Part shown: piece by piece, positions 1 to 11,934 of the stretch
Numbering within the stretch: the first letter of the stretch is position 1
Layout of the letters: each line of letters begins with the position of its first letter
NCBI RefSeq assembly: GCF_000143415.4
Contig: NW_003314301.1
Span: 592,336 to 656,335 of the forward strand
Length of the DNA stretch: 64,000 bases
Origin: Selaginella moellendorffii
Taxonomy: Eukaryota; Plantae; Lycopodiophyta
Direction: 5' to 3'
Position numbers and translations under genes: made by a program
The notes under the pieces: model-generated
Told to the model about the DNA's origin: nothing
Seen by the model: only the letters and a program-made list of their open reading frames with translations
Databases searched by the model: none

Positions 1-952
1 TATTTCTGAATTGAGTTTGTGATTTTGTTTCAGGATAACGCTTGCTATCAAGATTGACCACTGCTCCAAGGTAATCCATGAGCACTTGGCTGCTGCTCCT
101 CGAAATCTTGTTGTTGAGCTTTTGATGAAGAAGCAAAAAGAGGTGCCCTCTAATGTGGTTCCAAAGGAAGAACAGCATGTTGTTCCTTTGGATGACCACA
201 TTTTCGGCATGGAAGAGACGCTGGAGCGGGTTGTATCAGACTTGCTGGGGTCCCCTGTAAGCAGCAAGTGGGTTGGAGTCCATGGAGCAGGAGGTGCTGG
301 AAAAATACTCCTGGCCAAACGAGTATGTGACAACGATCAAGTAAAGGGGCTTTTTGATCCAGTTTTGTGGCTAACATTTGGTCAGTCGTTTCAGGTACGT
401 TCCTTAAGCTTATAATGCAACATATTGAGCAGCTATGGTTGTATCTCCTCAGGTGGAAGCAAAGAAACACGAACTTGCCAAGAAAATCCGACTAGAAGGT
501 GATCAGATCAGCTATGAAACACTGAAGAGGGGGCTTGATGGGAAGAGATGCTTGTTGGTGTTGGATGATGTATGGAAGTCCATCCATTTGGATTTATTTG
601 ATGTGGTGCAAGAGAATGGAAGCAAGATCTTCATTACCACTCGACAACGTGATGTGCTTGACAGTATTGAGTAGAGGTGCAATCAAAACCGAGATGGGGC
701 TTTTGGGAAAGGAAGACAGCATGAAGCTGTTCGCAGTCCACGCATTCCCAAACCAAAAACATGCTCAAGTCAGCAAGGTAGTAGTGGAGCAAGTTGTGGA
801 AAAGTGTGGGGGGCTTCCACTGGTCTTGAAGGTAATTGGCAGAAGAATGGCAGGCACACAAGATTGGGACTATGTTCTGAGCAAACTCAAGGATCAACGA
901 CTTATTGCTCTTGATGAGGAACAACAGGTACTGCAGCGACTCAAGCTGGGTT

Positions 953-1818
953 ACGATGCTTTGTTGCCTCTTGGCATCCAACAGCACTTTCTCTTCTTTG
1001 CAGCCTTTCCAGAAGACTGGCGAATTTGATTCTGGGATCTGTTCAGATGTTGGACAGGGGAAGGGCTGGTTTGTTGAGAGTGGCCCTGTGCCACGTGGCT
1101 AGTCCATGGAGAGACACGAGTCTTCACTGGTTCACCATGTTACACATATGTACATTTTCCATTCCATATATGCTATGATGGATCTTGAGCACCATCACAT
1201 GGTTTCACCTTTCGTTAGATGGTATCGGAGCAATGCCTAGGAGAGAGAAGAATTCAAAACCGTAGGATTAAAACTACACTTGCTACGGTGAATCGGAGCC
1301 TCCGTCTACGTAGACAGAAGTGTGCCCTAATCCAAGCGCTCCAGGCCTTGCAAGAGGCACTGGACAACTAAGAAACAAATCCGTCCAGTGCCAAAAATTT
1401 GTTTCTTAGTCGTCTAGTGCCTCTTGCAAAGCTTGGAGCACTTGGATTAGGGCACGCCTGTGTCTACGTAGATGGAGGCTCTGATTCACCCTAGCAAGTG
1501 TCGCCCTGATCTTACAGTTTCGAATTTTTCTTGCTCTCCCAAGCATTGCTCCGATACCATCTAAGGAAAGGTGATGGTGCTCAAGATCTGTCATAGCATA
1601 TATGGAATGGAAAATGTACATATGTGTGACATGGTGAACCGGTGAAGACTCGTGTCTCTCCACGTGGACTAGCCACGTGGCACAGGGCCACTCTCAACAA
1701 ACCAGCCCTTCCCCTGTCCAACATCTGAACAGATCCCAGAATCGAATTCGCCAGTCTTCTGGAAAGGCTGCAAAGAAGAGAAAGTGCTGCTGGATGCCAA
1801 GAGGCAACAAAGCATCGT
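953..1818. repeat. Long inverted repeat: arms 953-1380 and 1397-1818, 16-nt loop
   Basis: 1397-1818 is the reverse complement of 953-1380. The outer 119 bp differ at only 2 positions; the inner parts are more diverged, with indels. Loop is ccgtccagtgccaaaa. Confidence 0.97.
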
Positions 1819-1822
1819 TAGA
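1072..1822. mobile_element. Insertion in the NLR: fold-back element TGTTGAGAG...CTCTCAACA (1072-1699) plus inverted host flank, bounded by a 5-bp duplication TGGTT
   Basis: TGGTT occurs at 1067-1071 and 1823-1827. Removing the insert and one copy restores ...GEGLV-ANIAEATNVLERL in frame. TG...CA termini and a 5-bp duplication are LTR-like. Confidence 0.7.
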
Positions 1823-3344
1823 TGGTTGCCAACATAGCAGAGGCCACGAATGTTCTAGAAAGGCTCAAGAATCACGCACTTATCACTGAAGAACACTGCC
1901 CAGGGGAGAATAAGAGGTACAGGATTCACGATGCGTTGCTGGCTCTTGCTTTGCACATCCTGGAACAAGAAGGCCCAAAGTGTTATTTCAAGGCTGGGAA
2001 GATGAGGGACGTGGGGGACGCCTTCACAAGTACGTACAGCAGGATTTCACTGTTTGCTTGTAGAATTTCGGAAATCACTCTGCCTAAGAAGAACAGCAGC
2101 ACCACTTTCCTGCTCTTGGATTATAATCCCAGTCTCACTGCATTGCCAAGCCTCTCTTGTTTCAAACTCTTGAAGGTTTTGTGCCTGAGTCACACTGGGG
2201 TGGTAAGTTTGCCACATAACATTGGACAGCTCAAGACTCTGGAGACTCTGGATTTGTCTCGGAATGATTCACTCGAGAGCATCCCAGCTTCACTAGGCAA
2301 CTTGACGAATTTATCATATATGAACTTGGGATCCTGTTCGAAACTCAAGTCTTTCCCTGTGGATGCTTTGCTCAAACTCACCAAGCTGGTCTACTTCAAG
2401 GCAGAGAAAAGTTTGAGAATGTCGACATGCCACAGGCCGCATCATCGGCTTTTCAAACATAAGAAATGTTTAAACAGGATATCCCATGCTGACAACACTC
2501 CACCTTCAGGGATGCCAAAACTTGATTGGCATGGCCACCATCTCTCAACTGACATCACTCAAGCTCCTCAACATCTCCAACTGTTTCTCCTTGAAGGACC
2601 TCTCCATCTCGTTCCTTCCAAATCTAGAGACAGTTCTTCTAGATAGCTGCAACGAAGTGACCACCATCAACATATCCGAGTGCCCATCATTGAGAGTTGT
2701 TCAAATCGTTGACAATCATTGGCTTGACCGTGTTGCATTCGATGGCAAGCTCCCACGACTTGAAGATATAATCCTTGGTGGATTTGCAAAGCTTCCAGAT
2801 GTATCTATAGTTGCCATGGATGCGTTCCCACAGCTGACGTCGCTGCAAATAAAGAATTATGGTATTAACCAACTACCAGAATGGTTCACATCATTCACAA
2901 CGTCGAGAACTCTGGAATTTTGTTTTTTGGAGAACTTGGATGTGATACCTGATGGTGTTGCAAGGCTTCCTCTGCTAAAGAAGCTTAATCTGGAAGGTTG
3001 CATGAAGATCAAGACGTTACCCTTTGCAGATTCTGAGGACATCTCCTTCTATCCATCCCTGGAGTACTTATGCTTGATAGGCACATCCGCCTCTGGAGAG
3101 CGCCTCTCACAACGCCTTTGAAAAAATGACAAGTTTATATGGAACCTCTCACAACGCTTTCGTATTATGAATATTAAACATTCACATTTATAACCATGTT
3201 ATAAATTTTTACTAAGAGATTCACAAGTTCATTGCCACGTTTACTGTCCACTTAATACGAGAATTTCCATTAGATGTCACATAAGCTTCAAACGTTAACA
3301 AGAAATCTGAATCGTTAATTATATCAGAATCTAGACCGTCGCTC

Positions 3345-3560
3345 CTGGTGGAGCTGGATCGGCCGTGGCTGCAGCTGGGGCTACTTGCTCGTGGCTGCAC
3401 TGCTGCATTGCTGGATGGAGCTGGATCTGTGTTGCTAGATGGAGTTGGACCAAGTTCGATCACTTCCTGGAGCTGCTTGTTAGAGCTAGATTGCTGCACC
3501 GCTGTGTTGTTGGATGGAGCTGGATAGCTGCTTGCTCGGCTGTGGCTGCCTGGCTAGTGC
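3345..3560. repeat. Degenerate low-complexity repeat ((tgga)tggagctggat units)
   Basis: At least four imperfect copies of a tggagctggat-type unit (~3348, ~3416, ~3440, ~3515) in GCT-rich sequence. Confidence 0.55.
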
Positions 3561-3666
3561 TGGATTGCTGCTTGCTTGGCTCACGCTGCTTGTCTGGTCG
3601 GTCCGCTACTCGCTGAATGTGCTACTCCTGGAGAGAAAACAAAAATAGCTCTAAGAAAAAGTAACA

Positions 3667-4750
3667 ACCAAATCGAAAACATGTAGTTGCTATGACACAA
3701 GCAAGAACTCCGGAAGTATTGGAGAGTACTCCCTGTTACAAGCTTAGTATCAGTTCCGGCCAGAAGTACTAGTTAATTACCGCCAATATCCCGACTGCAA
3801 GAATGCATCCAAACCCTGCATATCAAAACAAACTTAAAGCTGTATTTTACCTGGGCCATCATACACAGAGAAGGCGAACAGACATGGCTAAGCTGCGTAA
3901 GACCGGCCAAGAAAACCAATGGATTGCATCACCTGCACATAGTAAAACAATGCTGCAAATGCTTAACCAACAACGAAGAGCTAAAATTGAGCATATATAT
4001 ACATACCTTCCTCGAAACATGAACGAGAGAGTAAAACATGAGAAAGGGTGGAAGAAAGTTTGCGCTGGTTTCTGCGACAAGTCAAGAGGGCTTACGTCGG
4101 TTTCGTTGCCGAGGTTTAGCTTCGTCGCAATGTACTTCTTGACCAGCAATATGGGAAGTTGCCTATCTCTGCGTGTTTAGAGAAGTCGGTGGAGTTGAAA
4201 TCGTCTTACGTTATTCTCACCTAGGGTGTTATGATCGGGAAGCACCGAGTCCTCACTCCTGTGGATCCGACAAGTCAGACGCCAAAGAGAAAAATAAAAC
4301 AGAGAGAGATCGAGAAAAAGAGACAACCTGGAAGCGAGGAGGAAGAGTAGCTTTGTAAAGTTCTCCGAGAGCAGAAATGCACGAAACTAAGAAACCGAAG
4401 GACTACTGTGCAATCAAGCAACTTCTAGGATTAAAACTTAGCATTGCATGAAACTGATACAAGCAATTTACCTGAATCACTGCTCTAAGATTTGTGCTCT
4501 TTGTCCTCTTCGCTCGAGCTTGTTATTTCTCACTTAACTTTCATGTAATTAAATAGAGCCGGGGCAATCTCTTCCTCTGAAAGTGTGATATCTTCCACAG
4601 GCGAGCTATATGCCTGAAAAACAAAACTGACAATGAGAAGTAATGCAAAGTATGAGCGAACTCACGGTTTTCTGCCAGAATGTAAACCAGACCACTCCCA
4701 ACGAACCAAACGTGAAGAAAACCGGGGGCCAGTTATACTCGTGAATCAAG
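3667..4750 (-). pseudogene. Decayed PHT4/ANTR (SLC17-type) anion transporter
   Basis: Colinear spliced remnants: LIHEYNWPPVFFTFGSLGVVWFTFWQK | AYSSPVEDITLSEEE | VMQSIGFLG..LTQLSHV | GLDAFLQSG | GVLSNTSGVLA. They match plant PHT4 motifs, with internal deletions, frameshifts and stops. Confidence 0.8.
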
Positions 4751-5199
4751 GTACAGTGAGCACCATATCACTCCGAGCCAGTTAAGTTTCCATCCAAAAG
4801 AGAAACGAAACTTTTTTCTGGATGGAAACGAATGTAGGTGTCGGAAAAAGAAAATGAAAATCTTTGCTCGCGCCTCGTCCTAAAAGTCGTGACGTACGTT
4901 TGAGGCGATGGAGCTGGCATCGCGGCCGACATTGCGACTAGAGCCGATCCCTCGGGCGTAGATTCGATCCTGTAGATACGAGAGAGCTGTGCCATAGATG
5001 AGAACCCCGCCTCCAATCCACGCGATTGCTCCAATCTGCTGCTATCTCTCTCGCTTGATCGCGCAATGCGGAGCGCTACCGGCGGATTGTCTCCCAGCCG
5101 TAGCGCCTATAAACCATGTATCAACGTGGCACATGCTACGTAATGAAATTGTGAAATTGTCATGAAAATTTTTTCATTGCGTGATTTCAACTGAAAACT

Positions 5200-5870
5200 A
5201 CTAGCGATTCATACATATTGAATCCTCAGATTTCTCTAGCCATGTTGACGACGCAAAGTTACTCTTTGACAAGATGCCGGAATGGGACGTCGTCTCGTGC
5301 ACGACCTTGATCTCCCTATTTGCGCTTAAACAAAGGCTAGGAGACTCAATGCCCAACAATGGGCATCTTGAAGAATCCAAAAAGGTGTTTGACGCCATGC
5401 TATACAAGAACTTGGAATCCCTCCACGCACTGATTGCCGCTGCGAAGGTCCTCGATTCCGTGCAAGTCCGAGACATAGTTTCCTGGAACACTCTCGTCGC
5501 TGCTTATGCCCAGAACGGTCAAATGGATCGAGCAAGCGAGTCTGATTCTAGGTCGGCTATCTAGCTTTTGAGTTCTCCAGCAGTTCTATGATCGCTGGGC
5601 AGGCCGTCCAAGTTTTGATTGAGATGGTCATGGAAGCCGGACGAGCTAACTTTCGCGAGCGTTTAAGGGAGGGCTGCTCGAGCAAGGCAGACGCTACTTC
5701 CTTTTGATCATCTCGGACCTCGGGATCAAGCGGTGCAGTGCTTCTCGGCGATGGTGGACATTTACAGCCGAGTCGGGCTGCTCAAGTTTGCTGAAGAGCT
5801 GATTGAGACGATGCCGTTTGTGCCCAGAAGAATTCGTTGCTGGGGTCTTGAGCTGCCGAAAAGGTTGTTT
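5200..5870 (+). pseudogene. PLS-class PPR protein remnant
   Basis: Fragments AKLLFDKMPEWDVVSCTTLI, NGHLEESKKVFDAM, RDIVSWNTLVAAYAQNG and CFSAMVDIYSRVGLLKFAEELIETMPFVP, broken by deletions and frameshifts. Confidence 0.85.
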
Positions 5871-6635
5871 CTTGGATCCTGCGTATATTTTACTTCACGA
5901 GCATGGCTTTGCCATTTCACTGCGTGTTTTTTGAGAATTTCTTTCTTGATCACAAAGACAAATCCTATTATACAAGTATGACAAATACTAAATATTAATA
6001 ATTTGCTACACGTGCTTGATTTACTTAATACTAAATAAAAATTTATAATTAAAACACAAGATTAATTTTATTGCATATTAAATGGTGTAAAGGCCTAAGT
6101 GTACAACTATGATGCCATATACTAATATTAGTATAGTGAGATTTTAGTAGCTATCGGATTGGTTTCAATCTGGACTATTCACTCTTGTATATAAGTTATG
6201 ATTTTTGGGCTAATTGATATGCATATTTTTTGTATTCCCTTTCTATAATGGTAGAATAAAATAGAATATACTAAAAAGTGTTTAAGAAAGTTTATAAATT
6301 ATAAATACAAAATTAACTTAAATGAATAAAAACTGTTAAATGATAGAATATTTTAAAATACCCAAGCATATTTTAGGTATATTCACTACCCCTTACAAGT
6401 TTGCAAAAATTTAAATTTATCAGAATATTTTAAAACACTTATACCAAAAATTGAATCTTTATTGGTTTTCTAAGTTACAAATTGTGTTGTCCCCAAAAAT
6501 CCGGGCCCAAAATTTACAGCAGCCACCACCACTCCTCCATCCATACATTCGTGAAGATGAAAACGAAAGTAAAAAAAGAAAAAATGAAAATAAAAACAGC
6601 AGAAGAAAAACTCTCTATGCATGCACCGTGGATGG

Positions 6636-9505
6636 CTACATACTCGTCGTATCTCCTTGCAGCTGTGGAACAAGGCACTCTCGCGGATTGGAGAAAAAGT
6701 AGTCCTCCTCCTTGGGCCTGTCTGGGAGAACTCGTCTCTCCACAGGAGATCCCATTCGCTCCGCGTGGAGATGCCTCACCGCCATCGCAAACTCGTCCCA
6801 CCGAAACGTTCCAGATTCATACTCGTCGATGAGTTCCACCAGACTCTTCCTGTCCAGTAAAACTGTCTTGCGGAATCCCAAGTACCTGGGAAGATTGCAC
6901 AGAAAAAGTTTTAGAATCGAGACATTGACACTGCAAGAAAATCAAAACAACCAAGGATCTCGGTTCTCGACAAGAACTCTACTTTGAAAGCAAGCAAGGA
7001 CACGAGTTCTTGTCACGAAACTGGAATGAATGAATGAAAGGACACAAAAACAAACTTTGGTTCGATGAAAAGCGATGAAAAACCACTTTAAATCGGCCAT
7101 GGAGCTCGACAAACCAAAGAGATCCAGCACACCAACAAGGACGAAGAAAAAAGCTGGAGAGTTTTAGCCAGTACCTTCGGTGTCCTTCCACGACTTTAGC
7201 CATATTCCCATCGTAAGTTGGAATGAAGACGTCACTGGCGAGCGAGATGAGATAATCCAAGGCTGCCATTTGCGAGGACCTGTTCTGGAAAGGTCTCAGC
7301 TCCTCCTCCGTGAGAAGCATCTCCTTTCTCACCTGCAAAACAAGTTTTGATTCTTCGAAAACTTAGAACAAGTTAAGACGCACAAGATCGAGCGAGAAAA
7401 CTTACGATCTTTGGAAAAGCTCGCCTTACGACTGCCATTCGCTTGTCACCTCCGTAGATCTCTCCAGCAGCGATGTATACTTGCATGCCACTGTCGTATC
7501 CCAGCGCTCGTAAAATCAAAGTCGTCTCTTCCGGAGTGAGTGGACAAAGCCCGTCTTTTCTCTTTTGGACACCGTCAATGATCTTCTCCTTCCACCACGG
7601 GTAAGCGTATCTGCAAGCACGAAAACAATTCCATCGTGTGTTAAGTCACAGAGAACAAAGTTTTAAAAGAGAGGAAGGAGAAGAAGAAAAGTGTGAGGGA
7701 ATGTGACAAACACTAGAAAGTTGCCACGACAAGAGTTGCAGAGAGTTCTTTTTACTTTTCTCTACTCTCTCGCACTGTGAAGGATGAATTGACTTGCCTC
7801 ATTCTCGTGAGCTCCTTGGCTTCTACTCTCTTGCAGCCGTGAGTGCATCCAGAGAAAGCTAGCATGTCCATCTCGTAGCGGAGATGGAGAGCCATGAATG
7901 GACCCTTGGCCTGCAAGAGCTTGACGAGCTTATCACCGAGGAGCTCGATCTGGGGAGTGAAACGAAGAGAGTGGAAGTTTACGCGGCACCGGAGCTTCTG
8001 GATCTCGTCCGGAAGGCCATTGTTTGCTAGGCGAGCGTCCGTGCGGTTTAAGTGGAGGATTTTGTGCTTCTTGATCAGTGGAAGTATCTGTGACAAGAAA
8101 GAAAGAAAAAGTCGTCCATCAACTTAAGAAACTTGAGAAGAACTCCACCACAAACTAAAGGACTAGACAAAACACTCGCATCAAAGAAAAGGAAGAACTA
8201 TAAAACTAGAAAAGAGAAAAACGAAAGCCAGACTCGACCGAAACACATCAAGAAAAGGAAGATGGATTGATGAATCCGAGATTACCACCGAAACACATCA
8301 AGAAAAGGAAGACCTCGGAACTAGGATTGATAGAACGAGAGCTCACCTGGTTGAGATAATATGACTCGTTGGACCAGCTCACGGGAGGCATGGTATAGAC
8401 AGCTTGGTTTTGCAGCTTCTGTGCGAATTTGGCTGGAACTTGTTTGATGATCCGGACTTCGTCACGGAGAGAGTTTATAAAGTGATCCACGTCGAAGATA
8501 TCTCCAAAGTCACTGCGAGTAATCAAGATAGTCACCTCCATTGTTTCTTTGATACCATGAGATTGAGTGGAAGCTTACCTGGGATCGGCCCAGAACGATG
8601 TCTTGTCCAACTCTGGAACGATCAAAGTAACGTTTAAATACTTGGCGATGGCGACCATATCACATATCTGCACGAGAATTGGTTCTAGAGTTATGAAAGG
8701 AAAGTAGAAAAGTTTGTTTCGATCCTGAAAAGCTCACCGCTGCTCGCATCTGGTTGAGCCCTCCATTGCACGAAACCATGAGATAGCCATTGTTCTTGTA
8801 AATTCCTGCGGTGATCAATCAATCAGCAAACGTTAGAAATAAAGGCCAAAAAGGAGAAGAAAAGTGACTCCGAAAGGAAGAAAAAAAAAAAGAAAACCAA
8901 GAATCGAGACAAAGAGAGAAGTTTTCGCGAGAGCAAAAGATCCATTCAAGTAGCGTCACGGCCAAGAAGATCCTTGAGACAAGCAAAACAAAAGAAGCAA
9001 AGAAAAACTCTTATAAAAGTTTGGCCATACGAGAGACGAGAGAAAACTTACTTCGAGGTGGCGGAGATGGATCGAGCAGCAACGCCGCGGCGGCCGGATG
9101 ATCCAACCGATGGACAAGAGGGCGATGGAAATCCACGCTGCTACTGCCGCTGCTACTCCCACCCGAGTCGAATCGATCGAAGCACGAAGGCCATCGCTTT
9201 ACCAAATGGAGCCTCCACAGCTCGCCCAGCGCCGTGAGTTGGATGATACACGTCCACAAGAGAATGCTGGTGCTCGCGCGGAGGAGCCAGACGTGGAGCC
9301 GCGATCGATGCGAAGAGGGCGCTGGAATCATGGCCGAATTGCTACTCTTCTTCTTCCTCCCGCGCTGGAAATTCTTGATCTTGGCTATGGCGGCTACCTC
9401 CAAATCCTTCCACCGCTGCTGCTGGAATCCATCCTCCTCTTCGTTCTCCTCCTGCTCTTCCAGCCCTTGCTCTTTCTCTTCCTGTGGATCTTCCTTCCGG
9501 GGCAT
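6636..9505 (-). CDS. RRT: GT106 / O-fucosyltransferase family, rhamnogalacturonan-I rhamnosyltransferase (RRT)-like; multi-exon
   Basis: [33 protein letters not shown]; [21 protein letters not shown]; [21 protein letters not shown]; [18 protein letters not shown]; [15 protein letters not shown]. Canonical introns. Confidence 0.92.
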
Positions 9506-10243
9506 CTTGGTGGCTCATTCGCGCGAGAATTCGTTCAGCATTGGGTGGAGCGCGAGAGATCGCGAGATCGCGCAAATTGGGCAGGATGGTTTCGTCCGGG
9601 GCAAGCCGCCCACCAAACAATCCAACGAACCAACAAACCCAGCGAAGAGAATCGAGACCGGAAGAACAACCAAACAAACCGAAAGAGAAAAAAATGTCCC
9701 TTTTCTTTCTACCCCCCTGTTCTTGGTTCGCGCAATTCGCGAATCTTGGCTCGATTCCTCTTCCTGGGCAGCGGCGATGGGAGGAAGCCGGAGCGATTGC
9801 GCTCGCAATTCCCAAGAAGATCACCTGGGGCGATGGATCTCCTCCTTTGCCCCCTCTCCCATTCAAGAGAGGGAAAATGGGAGCTCGCTACAAACAAGAA
9901 CTACTCGCAAACTACTCCTCCTCTCTTCTTGCATTGATCAAGAAATGTAGGAGCACCGATCCATCCCCACGCTTTCAATGTGGGCGCTACCGACTTTAGA
10001 TCAGATCTAGGCGCGCGCGCGCGAGAGAGAAAGAGGGGGAGAGGGGAAAAGAATCGATTGATCTGTTCGACCACCAAAGAATCTCTCAAAGAATCGGCCG
10101 TATGCGCGGCAGCCCACCTCGGATTCCTCCCCAAATCGCGAGCCCAAAGAGCCCTAATCCCTCTGTCGGGCCCTCTGCGACGTCACGGACGCCGCGATCG
10201 CCATCGCCTCTCTTTCATCCTCTCTCTGGTTTCTTGCTCGTAG

Positions 10244-10285
10244 TGACGTGGCACTGACACGTCAGTAATGACGTGGCGGGCCCGC
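10244..10285. promoter_or_regulatory. Cluster of ACGT (bZIP/hex/ABRE-type) motifs plus GGGCCC upstream of RRT
   Basis: TGACGTGGC at 10244 and 10269, ACACGTCA at ~10257 and GGGCCC at ~10278, all within ~40 bp. Confidence 0.5.
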
Positions 10286-11934
10286 CGCGCTGGCCCCATC
10301 CTGGCCGTCGGTGGGGCGCCCAACGGGCACACCGTACGGTGGGAATATCCCGGACCTTATATGGCCCATCCGTACACATTAATAGCCAAGGTATGTGCAG
10401 CGTGTCTGCTGTCCAAAGTCATCAAGGCGCCAGGACGGTGCCATTTTCTCATTCTTTACGACCAAAGCTTTTTTGGCCTGGACGACTGATTAAAAAAAAA
10501 ATCCATTCCTTCTCCGTGTTTGGCTGTCTGGAAGACCACCATGAGAAACCTTTAAAGAAAATTTAATCACCCCTGGTCATGGTCGACACTACAGAAAACC
10601 TTTGCTCTTCTTCGTAGATTGGTACCGCGTTCCATCGTTTTCGCCTTTGGTTTCAACAAAAAAGACAGCCTTTGGCAGGGACTAAAGCCACTGGTTTTCG
10701 CAAATCACTCCGTTTAGCGAGCCTAGAATAAGAATAAGAATGCACCGAGTGAACTGTAAAGCACAGAGACTTACAGCCGTGCGCCGGACGAACAGGGCAG
10801 CGGTGGTCGCCGCAAAGACGCCGTTGCTTTGGTTTCGGGGAAAGCGCCATGAGTCGTGACCAGTTTGTTCGATCCATGATTTTCCATGGAGCTTTGCGAG
10901 ACGTTGCAAAGTGGATCAAGCAAAGCAAACCTGTTCGAAACAAAGACAATCACACACACACACACTAAAAAACACAACTTGAGACGAAAGTGAAACGGGG
11001 TACCTTTCCTCGATTGGGATGTTTAAACACCGGGTAAGAAGAGCGATCACGATCAAGGGAGTCCCCCACCACAACGTCTGTTTCCATGTAGAATGCGCCG
11101 ATAGAACTAACGGGACCCCGGACCCGATCAATGGAATGCTTGTCACCGCTGTTCATATCGACCAGTCAGTATACTTGGAGAATCTAAAGCAGGGGGAAAT
11201 CATACCCCACACTCCCCAGATACCTTTGATGGTCCTACTTTGATTGTTGGCCACCTTTAGCATTCAAGCGCCACCGAAATTTTCCCCTTTGACAGTACAC
11301 CGACTGGACAAGTGGACGGAGGATCGTAGGCCGGAACTGCAACCTCAGCAGTCTAGATTTGACTCGAAGTAGCACTGCGATTCACCAGCGTCAAAGACGA
11401 GTGAAAAACACCAGAGAGCATTCATGTTACGTCTGGAAGCTGAAAGTAAACAAGCGGCCAAAAAGCCTGTAGTGGTGAGTGGTGAAGGATAAAAAAACGC
11501 TTTCAAGCGTGAAAGGTGTAGAGATACCTCTCTTGCTCTGTACGCCAGATCCAGCAGCGCGTATACGTTGTGCTGATATAACTTTGTGCTTATACGCATA
11601 AAAAACCACCTGCGACTCAGCTTTCAGTCTCGCTTATAATACGAGTTGAATCTGCGAAAGAAGAGTTACTCGGGAAGAGAAAATCGCCACCACTAGCTCT
11701 CATGACGAGCTCAGGCCGTAAGGATTCAAGGCAGACTTTCACCTCTCTCGATAAAATACGTAGCTGCGAAAGGGCTTACGTATCACAATTCCTTTGAGGA
11801 CCGAATCCTGTGGAAAAACCACGTGAAACTGGCGCAGCACTAAGTTGGTAGCAAATTGAGCACGACTCGAGCAAGCACGAGATGGAGATATCGAGCGCAT
11901 ACCAATTAATTCCACGCCTACGTCAGGGAGCTCG

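Larger units (their letters stand above)
34..3121 (+). pseudogene. NB-ARC-LRR (NLR) resistance-gene pseudogene; 5' part lies outside the window
   Basis: Motifs in order: P-loop GAGGAGKILLA, intron 395-452, kinase-2 LLVLDDVW, RNBS-B GSKIFITTR, GLPL (CGGLPLVLKVIG), RNBS-D FLFFAAFPED, WTGEGLV, MHD-equivalent IHD, then LRRs to 3121. Disrupted by a frameshift at ~672, in-frame TGA at 1027-1029, an insertion at 1072-1822 and frameshift/stops at ~2420-2480. Confidence 0.93.

Noticed and set aside
1406-1663. 85-aa ORF in the right arm of the fold-back
   Set aside because: It starts at GTG, the left-arm counterpart is frameshifted, and no transposase or gag motif is recognisable.
5980-6470. AT-rich island with TGTAA...TTACA as a possible solo LTR or MITE
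   Set aside because: No target-site duplication or convincing terminal repeats were found.
9098-9999. Long overlapping + strand ORFs (279, 238 and 171 aa)
   Set aside because: Antisense shadows of the GC-rich RRT first exon and leader; low-complexity, no motifs.
11765-11790. GGGCTTAC resembling the RNase MRP CR-V motif
   Set aside because: No partner GAAAGTCCCC at suitable spacing; the motif is the reverse complement of a GTAAGC splice donor.
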